This document shows, one piece after another, positions 1 through 8,353 of a stretch of DNA of 32,000 nt (position 1 is the first letter of the stretch; each line of letters starts with the position of its first letter). The stretch covers positions 1,980,001 to 2,012,000 of the forward strand of contig CAWJMG010000003.1 of the NCBI GenBank assembly GCA_963843975.1, read 5' to 3'. Source of the DNA: an uncultured Actinomycetes bacterium. Its GTDB lineage: Bacteria; Actinomycetota; Actinomycetes; S36-B12; CAIYMF01. The notes under the pieces are model-generated. The model was not told the origin of the DNA and ran no database searches. It was given only the letters and a program-made list of their open reading frames with translations. Position numbers and translations under genes: made by a program.

Positions 1-969
1 GGAGGCCGGTGCCCGGCCGCCGCGCACCCAGGCTGCGAGGCCCGCGAGGTCGGTGAACGCGAACCCGCGAGCCTTGAGGCCCTCCGTGTCGCTGTCGGAC
101 AGCGACCCCGGCAGCGTGAACAGCGAGGCGCTCACGAGCCCGTCCGAGAAGAGCTGGTGGATGACGGGGACGGCGCCGACCGAGCCGGCCGGCGCGCGAC
201 GGGTCTCGACGAGCGTGAGGCCGCCGGGGAGGGAGTCGGGGCAGTCGCAGCCGGCCTGTCGGGCGGCCCGCAGGCCCGCGGCGTCGAGCTCGCCGCCCCA
301 GGGGTCGTCAGCCTGCGTCGCCTCGGCACGGGCGACCGCGGCGGTGTCGGCCGACAGCACGATGGAGTCGAAGCCCGAGCGCACCCGGACGGCGCCCGTC
401 GCATCGACGAGCTCCTTGCGCAGCAGCAGGCTCGTCGCGCTGTCGATCCAGTAGCGGGCAGCGGTCTCGCCGTCGGCCCCCACGGCCACGACCGCCTCCG
501 CAGGGCGGCCGGCCACGGTGGCGTCCAGGTCGGCCTGACGGAGCACGCGGTAGTTGATGCGAAGGAGGTCGAGCTGGCGTCCCTCGTCGGCGAACGAGCC
601 GCTGCGGCCGTCGGCCGCGAACACGGGCTGGCTCAGGGTGTCCGAGATGACGGTGGTCAGCGTCCCGCGGCCGGGCGCGTGCACGAGCGTGGTGCTCATG
701 CGGCCGGCGCCGTCCTCGGCCGTCACCCGTCCTGAGTAGGCGACGGTGCTGGACGCCTTCGCGGAGCGCTGCAGCAGCTGGACGGCCACCTCGTCGTCGG
801 GGGTCATCGCGTCCTTGTCGGACACCGACACGGCGTCGACGGAGCCGGTCCAGCCGGCCCAGCCGTCGCCGGTCGCCTGCACCTGCGAGCCGCCCACGGC
901 GGACAGCGCGCAGAGCACGAGGACCGCCGTACCGGCAGCACCGGTCACGACGAGAAGGCGAACGCTCAC
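1..969 (-). CDS. MucB/RseB-like sigma-E regulatory protein (C-terminal end runs off the window)
   Basis: I translated the minus strand by hand from the GTG at 969. It gives VSVRLLVVTGAAGTAVLVLCALSAVGG (signal/anchor), then LLQRSAKASSTVAYSGRV and INYRVLRQADLDATVAGRPAEAVVAVGADGETAARYWIDSATSLLLRKELVDATG, which is the RseB/MucB sequence pattern. The frame stays open to base 1. It is absent from the ORF track because it has no stop inside the window. It starts 10 nt downstream of the rseA stop. Confidence 0.7.
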   Translation of the reverse strand, partial: MSVRLLVVTGAAGTAVLVLCALSAVGGSQVQATGDGWAGWTGSVDAVSVSDKDAMTPDDEVAVQLLQRSAKASSTVAYSGRVTAEDGAGRMSTTLVHAPGRGTLTTVISDTLSQPVFAADGRSGSFADEGRQLDLLRINYRVLRQADLDATVAGRPAEAVVAVGADGETAARYWIDSATSLLLRKELVDATGAVRVRSGFDSIVLSADTAAVARAEATQADDPWGGELDAAGLRAARQAGCDCPDSLPGGLTLVETRRAPAGSVGAVPVIHQLFSDGLVSASLFTLPGSLSDSDTEGLKARGFAFTDLAGLAAWVRGGRAPAS

Positions 970-979
970 GTCAGGGATC

Positions 980-1591
980 TCACGGCCGGTCGGACGAGCC
1001 GGACCCGCTGTCGTACGCCGCGGTGATGACGAGCGGCCCGGAGAACGGCATGCGCTGCGTGGAGGCCGAGTGCTCGTCGGCGAGGGCGTCGACGACGGGG
1101 GCGATCGAGGACGAGGCCGCAGGGGCCGGACCGCTCACGGCCGCGGGAGCGCCGCCGACCACGGCAGCCATCGCCAGAACGGCCACACCCGCAGCCGAGC
1201 CGACAGCGGTGCGGACGCGCCTGCGGCGGCTCGCGGGGCGGCTGGACGGCACCGGGGCGCCGGGTCGTACGCCGGCCGAGCCAGCGGGACGGGAAGCGCC
1301 CTGGACCGGCACGACGGGCGGGACGAACGGGCGCGCGGCCTCGGTCTCGGCGGCCGGGATGCCGAGCAGGCGGGCCATGAAGTCGTCAGACGGACCGGGC
1401 GCGGGCGTCTCGAGCGCGGCGGACGCAGCCCGCTCGGCGTCGAGCGCGACGCGGCAGCGGTCGCAGACGGCCACGTGCGCGAACGCCGTCTCGGTGTCCG
1501 CGGGCGAGAGCCGGCCGTCGGCGAGGTCGGCGACGCGGTCGCCGAGGCAGCCGCCGTTCGGGCGGCCAGGGAGGCCCGGGAGAACGGTCAC
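980..1591 (-). CDS. rseA: anti-sigma-E factor RseA (zinc-binding ZAS type, one TM)
   Basis: This is the C-terminal part of track ORF 980..2356. The GTG at 1591 overlaps the sigE stop (GTGA). It carries the HxxxCxxC motif (HVAVCDRC) and a TM segment ([19 protein letters not shown]), and it lies directly after sigE. Confidence 0.85.
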   Translation of the reverse strand: MTVLPGLPGRPNGGCLGDRVADLADGRLSPADTETAFAHVAVCDRCRVALDAERAASAALETPAPGPSDDFMARLLGIPAAETEAARPFVPPVVPVQGASRPAGSAGVRPGAPVPSSRPASRRRRVRTAVGSAAGVAVLAMAAVVGGAPAAVSGPAPAASSSIAPVVDALADEHSASTQRMPFSGPLVITAAYDSGSGSSDRP

Positions 1592-2269
1592 GTCGTGCCC
1601 CCTGCGGCGTCGTGGCCGAGCGGGAAGCGGACGGCGGTCTTGGGGGTGCGGTGAGCCAGCGCCTGACGCAGCGCGGCCCGGCCGCGGTGGATGCGCGAGC
1701 GCACCGTGCCGAGCTTGATGCCGAGGAGGTCCGAGATCTCCTCGTACGTCATGCCCTCGACGTCGCACAGCACCACGGCCACCCGGAAGTCCGGGTGCAG
1801 GGCGTCGAGCGCGCTCTGCACGTCGGCGTCGTACGCGCGGTCGTCGAGCAGCTGCTGCGGCCCGACCTCGCGGGACGGGATGCGGTCGGCAGCGTCGTCG
1901 GGCAGCCCGTCGAACCGGATCCTGGCCTTGCGGCGGACCTGGTCGAGGAAGAGGTTGGTGGTGATGCGGTGCAGCCAGCCCTCGAAGCTTCCCGGGCGTG
2001 TACTGCGACAGCGACCGGAACACGCGGACGAAGACCTCCTGCGCGAGGTCCTCGGCGTCGTGCTGGTTGCCCGTGAGGCGGTAGGCCAGGCGGTAGACCC
2101 GGGCGCCGTGGTCGCGGACGACGTCGTCCCAGGAGGGCGCGTCCCAGTCCGGCGCCACGACGGGCTCCGTGCCCATCGGCTCCGTCGGCTCGCTCACTGC
2201 GACCACCTCCGCACCGGACCGGTCCAGCAGGGCGAGTCGGGCCCTGTCCCCTCCGGTCGTGGACACCAT
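1588..2269 (-). pseudogene. sigE: ECF sigma factor SigE, reading frame broken by a 1-nt insertion at about 1989-1990
   Basis: The N-terminal part runs from the ATG at 2269 (RBS aaggaagg) and reads [41 protein letters not shown]. After one extra base, the sequence [26 protein letters not shown]...[40 protein letters not shown] continues in the frame of track ORF 1588..1821. Regions 2 and 4 are both intact but sit in different frames. Confidence 0.85.
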
Positions 2270-2391
2270 GGTGCCTTCCTTGCGGTCGCAGCGCGAAACG
2301 CAGCCCGGTCGGGTCTGCTCCCACGTGGACGAACGGGGCCGGTCGGGGGTTCCCACCCACCTGCGAGCACGTGTCCCGCTAGCCTCGCAAC

Positions 2392-3042
2392 GTGGACACC
2401 GATGCCCGTGCGCTGGCCGCCTCGCGCGCCAGCTGGGAGTACGCCGAGGCGTACGTCGCCGAGGACGCCCTGATCGCCGACGCCCGAGCCCGGGCCGAGG
2501 AGGTCGGCTGCGTCCCGATCATGCCCGGCAGCGGCGCCGCCCTGCGTCTCGTCGCGACCCTCCTCGACGCCAAGCACGTCGTGGAGATCGGCACCGGCAC
2601 GGGCGTGTCGGGCCTGTGGCTCCTGCGCGGGATGCGCGCCGACGGCGTCCTCACCTCGGTCGACGTCGAGGCCGAGAACCAGCGCCACGCCCGCGAGGCG
2701 TTCACCGCCGAGGGCATCCCCGCCTCGCGCGCCCGCCTGATCACCGGCCGCGCGCTCGAGGTGCTGCCGCGCCTGTCCGACTCCGCCTACGACCTCGTGC
2801 TCGTCGACGGCGACAAGGGCGAGTACGCCGAGTACGTCGAGGAGGCCGCGCGCCTGCTGCGGCCCGGCGGCGTGATGGCCATCGACAACAGCCTCTGGCA
2901 CGACAAGGTCGCCGACCCCGCCCAGCGCGACCCCGACACGATCGCCATCCGCGGCGTGCTCACAGCCCTGCGCGAGGACGAGCGCTGGGTCGTGGCCCTG
3001 CTCCCGGTCGGCGACGGCCTGCTCACCGCCGTACGCCGCTAG
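2392..3042 (+). CDS. class I SAM-dependent O-methyltransferase (caffeoyl-CoA OMT-like, Rv1220c-like)
   Basis: Track ORF of 216 aa with the SAM motif [15 protein letters not shown] and the sequence [14 protein letters not shown]. It sits divergent from sigE, as in mycobacteria. Confidence 0.85.
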   Translation: MDTDARALAASRASWEYAEAYVAEDALIADARARAEEVGCVPIMPGSGAALRLVATLLDAKHVVEIGTGTGVSGLWLLRGMRADGVLTSVDVEAENQRHAREAFTAEGIPASRARLITGRALEVLPRLSDSAYDLVLVDGDKGEYAEYVEEAARLLRPGGVMAIDNSLWHDKVADPAQRDPDTIAIRGVLTALREDERWVVALLPVGDGLLTAVRR

Positions 3043-3055
3043 CCCGCTCAGCACG

Positions 3056-3087
3056 AAGGCCCGGCCCCCTCGCGGGGGCCGGGCCTT
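3056..3087. terminator. bidirectional intrinsic terminator hairpin between convergent genes
   Basis: The sequence aaggcccggccccc-tcgc-gggggccgggcctt forms a perfect 14-bp GC-rich stem. It lies between the OMT stop (3042) and the stop of the small minus-strand gene (3105). Confidence 0.7.
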
Positions 3088-3104
3088 GTCGTTGTGGGCG
3101 AGAG

Positions 3105-3272
3105 TCAGCCGGCGACTGTGCCGAGCTGGGCGCCGAGGTCGCGTGCCTCGTCGGGCGTGAGCTCGACGACGAGACGTCCGCCGCCCTCGAGCGGGACGCG
3201 CATCACGATGCCCCGACCCTCCTTGGTGACCTCGAGCGGGCCATCGCCCGTTCGCGGCTTCATGGCGGCCAT
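3105..3272 (-). CDS. conserved actinobacterial small protein, DUF3117 family (55 aa)
   Basis: Manual translation gives MAAMKPRTGDGPLEVTKEGRGIVMRVPLEGGGRLVVELTPDEARDLGAQLGTVAG. The RBS aaagggg sits upstream. It is too short for the ORF track. Its position next to tag matches mycobacterial Rv1211. Confidence 0.8.
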   Translation of the reverse strand: MAAMKPRTGDGPLEVTKEGRGIVMRVPLEGGGRLVVELTPDEARDLGAQLGTVAG

Positions 3273-3407
3273 GCTGCACCCCTTTTCGCGTCGTACCTTC
3301 TGGGGACGCCGTGACCGGCGCCCGCACCGCCCGGTCAGCGGACCAGGCGAACCTGACCATTATCCCTGATCACCCGCCGTGCTCCCAAACCGCGGGGTGG
3401 GCGGGGG

Positions 3408-4004
3408 TCAGGCAGGGGACGCAGGCGGGACGTGGCAGGCCTCGAGGTGGTCGTCCACGAGGCCCATGGCCTGCATCGCGGCGTGCATCGTGGTCGGGCC
3501 GACGAACACGAAGCCGCGCTTCTTCAGGGCCTTGGCGAGGGCCACCGACTCCGGGGTGCTCGGCTGCACCTCGGCCAGGCTCCGGGGCCGGCGGCGCGCC
3601 TCGGGAGCGAACGACCAGACGAGGCGGTCCAGGGCCCCCTCGCCCTCCTCGTCGACCAGGCGCAGGGCCGCGGCGGCGTTGGTGAGGGTGGCGTCGACCT
3701 TGGCCCTGTTGCGGACGATGCCGGCGTCCTCCAGCAGCCGGGCCCGGTCGTCCGGGCCGAACGCGGCCACAGCAGCGAGGTCGAAGCCCGCGAACGCCGC
3801 CCGGAACCCCTCGCGCTTGCGCAGGATGGTGATCCACGCGAGGCCGGACTGGAACGCCTCCAGCGTGAGTCGCTCGAAGATCGGGACGTCGCCGTGGACC
3901 GGCCGGCCCCACTCCGTGTCGTGGTAGGCGACGTAGTCGGGTGTGGACAGCCCCCACGGGCAGCGGGCGAGGCCGTCGTCGCCGACGACGACGTCCGGGC
4001 TCAT
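3408..4004 (-). CDS. tag: DNA-3-methyladenine glycosylase I
   Basis: Track ORF of 198 aa reading CPWGLSTPDYVAYHDTEWGRPVHGD...FQSGLAWITILRKREGFRAAF, a typical Tag signature. Its start overlaps the upstream gene's stop (ATGA). Confidence 0.9.
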   Translation of the reverse strand: MSPDVVVGDDGLARCPWGLSTPDYVAYHDTEWGRPVHGDVPIFERLTLEAFQSGLAWITILRKREGFRAAFAGFDLAAVAAFGPDDRARLLEDAGIVRNRAKVDATLTNAAAALRLVDEEGEGALDRLVWSFAPEARRRPRSLAEVQPSTPESVALAKALKKRGFVFVGPTTMHAAMQAMGLVDDHLEACHVPPASPA

Positions 4005-4423
4005 GCCGTGGGGTTCCCCGGGCCGGGCGCGGTCTCCGCGCCCGGAGCCAGCGTGTCGGTCGCGGGGGCGAAGTCTGCGGCGCTGGCCTCGGCCCAGGCG
4101 GTTCCGGAGCCTGTCGGCGCCGCGACCGTGGCCCCCGGGGCGGGCGTGCCGCGGCCCTCCAGCTCGGCGATCCGGGCGTCGCGCTCGGCGATGTCGGCCG
4201 CCAGGCGGTCGAGGACGTCGTCGACCTCGTCCATGCGGTAGCCGCGCAGGCCGACCGCGAAGCGGACGTTGTCGACGTCCTCGCTCTCGACGAGGCGGGT
4301 GTCGGGGAGCAGCGTCGGCGGGCGGTCCGGCTCGGCCGGGGGCAGCTCGCCGAGGCGGCCGACGGCGAGCAGCGCGATGGCGGCCACGACGACGACACCG
4401 AGCACGAGGAACACGATCGTCAC
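4001..4423 (-). CDS. DivIVA-domain membrane protein (Rv1209-like)
   Basis: GTG at 4423 with RBS aggaggg. There is an N-terminal TM (VTIVFLVLGVVVVAAIALLAVG), then the DivIVA motif FAVGLRGYRMDEVDDVLDRLAADIAERDARIAELE. It forms the C-terminal end of the spurious 939-aa track ORF. Confidence 0.75.
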   Translation of the reverse strand: MTIVFLVLGVVVVAAIALLAVGRLGELPPAEPDRPPTLLPDTRLVESEDVDNVRFAVGLRGYRMDEVDDVLDRLAADIAERDARIAELEGRGTPAPGATVAAPTGSGTAWAEASAADFAPATDTLAPGAETAPGPGNPTA

Positions 4424-4555
4424 GGCTGCTGCCCTCCTGGACCTGCGCTGGCGGTGCTGCCGCGCCCGGAGGAGCGCGCCGAGGACGAGCATGCCACGCT
4501 GGTCCGGTTCGCCTCCCGCACCCCGCGGAACGGCGGGATCGGAAGGGGAACGACG

Positions 4556-5419
4556 GTGCCGCTGCGCCTCGGCCGCCACGTCTTCGCCGACGACGAGACC
4601 GTGGTCATGGCCATCGTCAACCGCACGCCGGACTCGTTCTACGACAAGGGCGCGACGTTCACCGACTCCGCGGCGCTCGAGGCCGTCGACCGCGCGGTGG
4701 ACGAGGGCGCGGGGATCATCGACATCGGCGGGGTGAAGGCCGGGCCGGGCGTGGAGGTCGACGCCGCCGAGGAGATCCGGCGTACTGCGTCCTTCGTGGC
4801 GGCGGTGCGCGCGCGGCACGACGTCGTCATCAGCGTCGACACCTGGCGCGCCGAGGTCGGCCGCGTGGTCGCGGCCGAGGGCGCCGACCTGCTCAACGAC
4901 GCGTGGGGCGGGCACGACCCCGAGCTCGCCGCGGTTGCCGCGGAGTTCGGCCTCGGCCTGGTCTGCACCCACACCGGCGGTGCGACGCCCCGGACACGAC
5001 CCCACCGCGTGGAGTACGACGACGTCGTCGCCGACGTGATCACCCGCACGGTGGCCGAGGCCGAGCGGGCCGTGGCTCTCGGGGTGCCGCGCGAGTCGGT
5101 GCTCATCGACCCGGGCCACGACTTCGGCAAGAGCACCCGCCACTCCCTCGAGGCCACCCGCCGCATCCCGGAGATGGTCGCGACCGGCTGGCCCGTCCTG
5201 GTCTCCTTGTCGCGCAAGGACTTCGTGGGCGAGGCCCTCGACATCGCGGAGCCCCGCGAGCGACTCCTCGGCACGCTGGCCGCGACGTCGGTCTCGGCCT
5301 GGCTCGGGGCGAGGGTCTACCGCGCGCACGACGTCGCCGCGACGCGCCAGACCCTCGACATGGTCGCCGCGATCGCGGGCACCCGGCCGCCGGCCGTGGC
5401 CCGGCGAGGCCTCGCCTGA
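4556..5419 (+). CDS. folP: dihydropteroate synthase (FolP2-like)
   Basis: GTG at 4556 after RBS ggaagggga. The sequence reads VMAIVNRTPDSFYDKGA...IIDIGGVKAGPG...LLNDAWGG...LIDPGHDFGKS...RVYRAHDV, a pterin-binding domain. Confidence 0.9.
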   Translation: MPLRLGRHVFADDETVVMAIVNRTPDSFYDKGATFTDSAALEAVDRAVDEGAGIIDIGGVKAGPGVEVDAAEEIRRTASFVAAVRARHDVVISVDTWRAEVGRVVAAEGADLLNDAWGGHDPELAAVAAEFGLGLVCTHTGGATPRTRPHRVEYDDVVADVITRTVAEAERAVALGVPRESVLIDPGHDFGKSTRHSLEATRRIPEMVATGWPVLVSLSRKDFVGEALDIAEPRERLLGTLAATSVSAWLGARVYRAHDVAATRQTLDMVAAIAGTRPPAVARRGLA

Positions 5420-5426
5420 CCCCACC

Positions 5427-5464
5427 CATCCGGCACTTCCGGATGAGGCCGCTCCAGGCGGCCT
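5427..5464 (+). terminator. two tandem hairpins after folP
   Basis: The hairpins are catccgg-cactt-ccggatg followed immediately by aggccgc-tccag-gcggcct. They lie 8 nt after the folP stop. Confidence 0.5.
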
Positions 5465-5596
5465 ACGAGGAAACGCGACGTTGCCCACCGACGGCCTTAC
5501 ACGACCCGTACACGTCTGGGACGACTGCCGAACGCGGGCGGCGCACAGTGGAGGCAGTCGAGGGCGAACCGTCCTCCATCCCACGAGGAGCACGTC

Positions 5597-6193
5597 ATGA
5601 CCACGACCGCCCGCAAGGCCGCCACCGCCGCCGCCTGGGTGACGGCGGGCGCCCTCGGCGCCACGATCCTCACCGGCGTCGCCTCGGCGGGGTCGTTCGG
5701 CCCGATGCAGGCCGGATCGACGGCCGCTTCGTCGTCCTCGACCGCCGACAGCACCGCCGCCGCGACCGCACGCCGCGGCATGATGCGCGACGTCCTGCAC
5801 GGCTCGCTCACCGTGAAGACCGACACCGGCACGAAGGTCGTCGACGTCCAGCGCGGCGAGATCACCGCTGCGTCCTCGACCTCGGTGACCGTGAAGAGCA
5901 CCGACGGCTTCACCGCGACGTACGCGATCTCCGACGCCACGACCGTACGGCGCGACCGCAGCACCGTGAGCGGCGCCGACCTCGTCGTCGGCGACACCGC
6001 GATGGTGCGTGCGACCTCTGGCACCGCGGACGTCGTCCGCGCGCTGTCCCCCGATGCCCTCACCAAGCTCAAGGACCGCATCGCCAACGGGCGCATGGGG
6101 AACGGCGGCATGGGACGTGGACTGGGTGCCGGCATGGGCTCCGGCATGGGCCCGGGCATGGGCCTGGGCTCGGCGGACGCCGACGGCGTCTGA
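5597..6193 (+). CDS. secreted hypothetical protein (DUF5666-like beta domain) with a Met/Gly-rich C-terminal tail
   Basis: RBS gaggag precedes the start. The N-terminal signal-like sequence is AAAWVTAGALGATILTGVASA, and the core reads GSLTVKTDTGTKVVDVQRGEITAASSTSVTVKSTDGF. The tail is GRMGNGGMGRGLGAGMGSGMGPGMGLG. The family assignment comes from my recollection of the sequence pattern only. Confidence 0.6.
   Translation: MTTTARKAATAAAWVTAGALGATILTGVASAGSFGPMQAGSTAASSSSTADSTAAATARRGMMRDVLHGSLTVKTDTGTKVVDVQRGEITAASSTSVTVKSTDGFTATYAISDATTVRRDRSTVSGADLVVGDTAMVRATSGTADVVRALSPDALTKLKDRIANGRMGNGGMGRGLGAGMGSGMGPGMGLGSADADGV
6092..6172 (+). repeat. in-frame 12-bp periodic repeat (ggcatgggcNNN) encoding GMG repeats
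   Basis: The unit ggcatgggc occurs at 6131, 6143 and 6155 with exact 12-bp spacing. Degenerate copies lie at 6092 and 6107. Confidence 0.7.
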
Positions 6194-6316
6194 CCGGTCC
6201 GGTCGGCGGCGTACGCCGGGGCGGCGACGCCGCGGGGTGACGGATACCTCGCACGCCCTGAGGCGTCGAGGGCCCGTCGCGCGGCACGATGGTGCCGTGA
6301 CCGCACGGAGCACCAC

Positions 6317-6799
6317 GTGAGCAGCCACCTCCCCCGTCTCGGCGGGCACGGAGGCGGCTGGGTCGCGCTGCAGTTCGGCCTGCTCGCCGTCGCGCTCGCG
6401 CTCGGCCTCACCGACCTGTCCGGCTGGGGCGACACCTGGGGCAACGGCCTGCGCTACGTCGGCATGCTGCTCGTCTCGGCAGCCGTGGTGATCGCGGTGC
6501 TCGCCGCCGTCGGTCTCGGGTCCTCGCTGACCGCGATGCCGGAGCCGCGGGAGGGCGGACGGCTCCGCACCGACGGCGTGTACGGCGTCGTGCGCCACCC
6601 GATGTACCTGTCGCTGCTGACAGGAGTGCTCGGCTGGTCGCTGCTGTCGTCGCCACGCGTGCTGCTGGCGCTCGCCGCGCTCGCCGTCGTCCTGGACTTC
6701 AAGCGCCAGGTCGAGGAGCAGTGGCTCGCCGAGGCGTACCCCGAGTACCCGGCGTACCGGATGCAGGTGCGCTGGGCGCTCGTCCCCTACCTCCGCTGA
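6317..6799 (+). CDS. isoprenylcysteine carboxyl methyltransferase (ICMT)/phospholipid methyltransferase family membrane protein
   Basis: Track ORF of 160 aa that is multi-TM. It carries the motif GLGSSLTAMPEPREGGRLRTDGVYGVVRHPMYLSLL, typical of the ICMT/PEMT family. Confidence 0.75.
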   Translation: MSSHLPRLGGHGGGWVALQFGLLAVALALGLTDLSGWGDTWGNGLRYVGMLLVSAAVVIAVLAAVGLGSSLTAMPEPREGGRLRTDGVYGVVRHPMYLSLLTGVLGWSLLSSPRVLLALAALAVVLDFKRQVEEQWLAEAYPEYPAYRMQVRWALVPYLR

Positions 6800-6806
6800 C
6801 GTACGC

Positions 6807-6867
6807 GAGTTACTGCCCATAGTGGGGCGTCGGGTGCGCCAATAGCCCCACTGTGGGCAGTAACTCG
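6807..6867. terminator. long hairpin (21-bp stem, one mismatch) between convergent genes; possibly a dispersed repeat
   Basis: The left arm gagttactgcccatagtgggg (6807-6827) pairs with the right arm ccccactgtgggcagtaactc (6847-6867). The region is noticeably AT-richer than its surroundings. Confidence 0.6.
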
Positions 6868-6874
6868 GGGCCTG

Positions 6875-7480
6875 TCACGGCTCGGCTTCGAGCCACTCGT
6901 TGGCGGTGGGCTCGCTGGGTACGACGCTTCCCGCCTCGGCCCAGCCCTCCTCGATCGCGGCCATCGCCTCGTCGACCGACGACGTCCACACGAGCTGGGC
7001 GGCGGCGACGTCCCGTACGAACCCGGCCTCGACCAGACCGCTCACGAGCTCGGCGAGCGGGTGCAGGTCGCGCCACGGGTCGAGCACCACGATCGGCTTG
7101 TCGTGCAGGCGCAGCGACCGAGCGACCCAGATCTCGAGCAGCTCCTCGAGCGTGCCGATGCCGCCGGGGAGGGTCAGGAACGCGTCGGCGCGACGGTCCA
7201 TCTCGCCCTTCCGCTCGCGCATGTCGTCGGTGACGACGAGCTCGTCGGCGCCGTGGTCGGCGACCTCCATCTCCACGAGCGCGCGCGGGATGACGCCGAT
7301 GGTGTGCGCGCCGCCTGCGCGGGCAGCGCGGGCCACGGCACCCATGGAGCTCACAGATCCACCGCCGCTCACCAGGGTCCAGCCTCGGCGCGCGAGCGCG
7401 AAGCCGACCTCGGCGGCGAGGACCTTGTAGCGCTCGTCGATGTTCTCGCTCGACGCGCAGAACACGGCGACTGCCGGCAT
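6875..7480 (-). CDS. LOG family protein (TIGR00730; cytokinin riboside 5'-monophosphate phosphoribohydrolase-like), short type
   Basis: From the ATG at 7480 it reads MPAVAVFCASS...GWTLVSGGGSVSSMGAVA...LTLPGGIGTLEELLE, containing the PGGxGTxxE motif. It starts 1 nt after the upstream LOG gene's stop. Confidence 0.85.
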   Translation of the reverse strand: MPAVAVFCASSENIDERYKVLAAEVGFALARRGWTLVSGGGSVSSMGAVARAARAGGAHTIGVIPRALVEMEVADHGADELVVTDDMRERKGEMDRRADAFLTLPGGIGTLEELLEIWVARSLRLHDKPIVVLDPWRDLHPLAELVSGLVEAGFVRDVAAAQLVWTSSVDEAMAAIEEGWAEAGSVVPSEPTANEWLEAEP

Positions 7481-7481
7481 C

Positions 7482-8231
7482 TCAGGCCTCCACGGGGGGC
7501 TCGACGTGGTGGGCGCCGTTTCCGGTGTGCCCGTGGATCTCCTGAGCGTCGAGGATGATCCGCACGACCTCGTCGAGATCGTCGGTGAGGTGCACCAGCG
7601 CGAGGTCCTGCGACGACACACGACCGGTGGCGAGCATCGTGTCGCGCAGCCAGTCGATGAGCCCGCCCCAGTACGCCGTACCCACGAGCACCACGGGGAA
7701 GGACGTGACCTTGCGCGTCTGCACGAGCGTGAGCGACTCGAAGAGCTCGTCGAGGGTGCCGAAGCCGCCGGGGAAGACGACGAACGCCTGCGCGTACTTC
7801 ACGAACATCGTCTTGCGCGCGAAGAAGTAGCGGAAGTTCACCCCGAGGTCGACGTACTGGTTCATGCCCTGCTCGAACGGCAGCTCGATGCCGAGCCCGA
7901 CCGACGTGCCGTCTGCCTCGCACGCGCCCTTGTTCGCCGCTTCCATGATCCCCGGGCCGCCGCCGGTGATGATCGCGAAGCCGGCGCCGACGAGCTTGGC
8001 CGCGATGTCGTGCGCCTGCTGGTACTCGGGCTCGTCGGGCTTGGTGCGCGCCGAGCCGAAGATGCTCACCGCCGGGCCGAGCCCGGCGAGCGCCCCGAAG
8101 CCCTCAACGAACTCGGCCTGGATGCGCAGGACCCGCCACGGGTCGGTGTGGACCCAGTCGCTCTCGCCCTGGCTGTCGAGCAGGCGCTGGTCGGTGGTGG
8201 TCTGCGGCACCTGCGAGCGGCGCAGCGTCAC
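7482..8231 (-). CDS. LOG family protein (TIGR00730), long type (Rv1205-like)
   Basis: Track ORF of 249 aa reading VSIFGSARTKPDEPEYQQAHDIAAKLVGAGFAIITGGGPGIMEAANKGA...VVFPGGFGTLDELFE. Confidence 0.9.
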   Translation of the reverse strand: MTLRRSQVPQTTTDQRLLDSQGESDWVHTDPWRVLRIQAEFVEGFGALAGLGPAVSIFGSARTKPDEPEYQQAHDIAAKLVGAGFAIITGGGPGIMEAANKGACEADGTSVGLGIELPFEQGMNQYVDLGVNFRYFFARKTMFVKYAQAFVVFPGGFGTLDELFESLTLVQTRKVTSFPVVLVGTAYWGGLIDWLRDTMLATGRVSSQDLALVHLTDDLDEVVRIILDAQEIHGHTGNGAHHVEPPVEA

Positions 8232-8353
8232 GGGGCCCTTGGTGCGGGTCGGGCCGTGCGGGGTGCCGTCGGTCGGCGGGGGAAGCTCACCGGGCGACGC
8301 TAACCCGTCGCGGCCGTTCCCGGGCGCCCCGCGCCGGGCTGGGGCGCCTGCGG

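Noticed and set aside
2332-2354. An ECF-type promoter look-alike lies upstream of sigE (minus strand GGGAAC-N13-CGTT).
   Set aside because: The spacer is about 3 nt shorter than the GGAAC-N16/17-CGTT geometry usual for SigE-type promoters. It is not claimable without TSS data.
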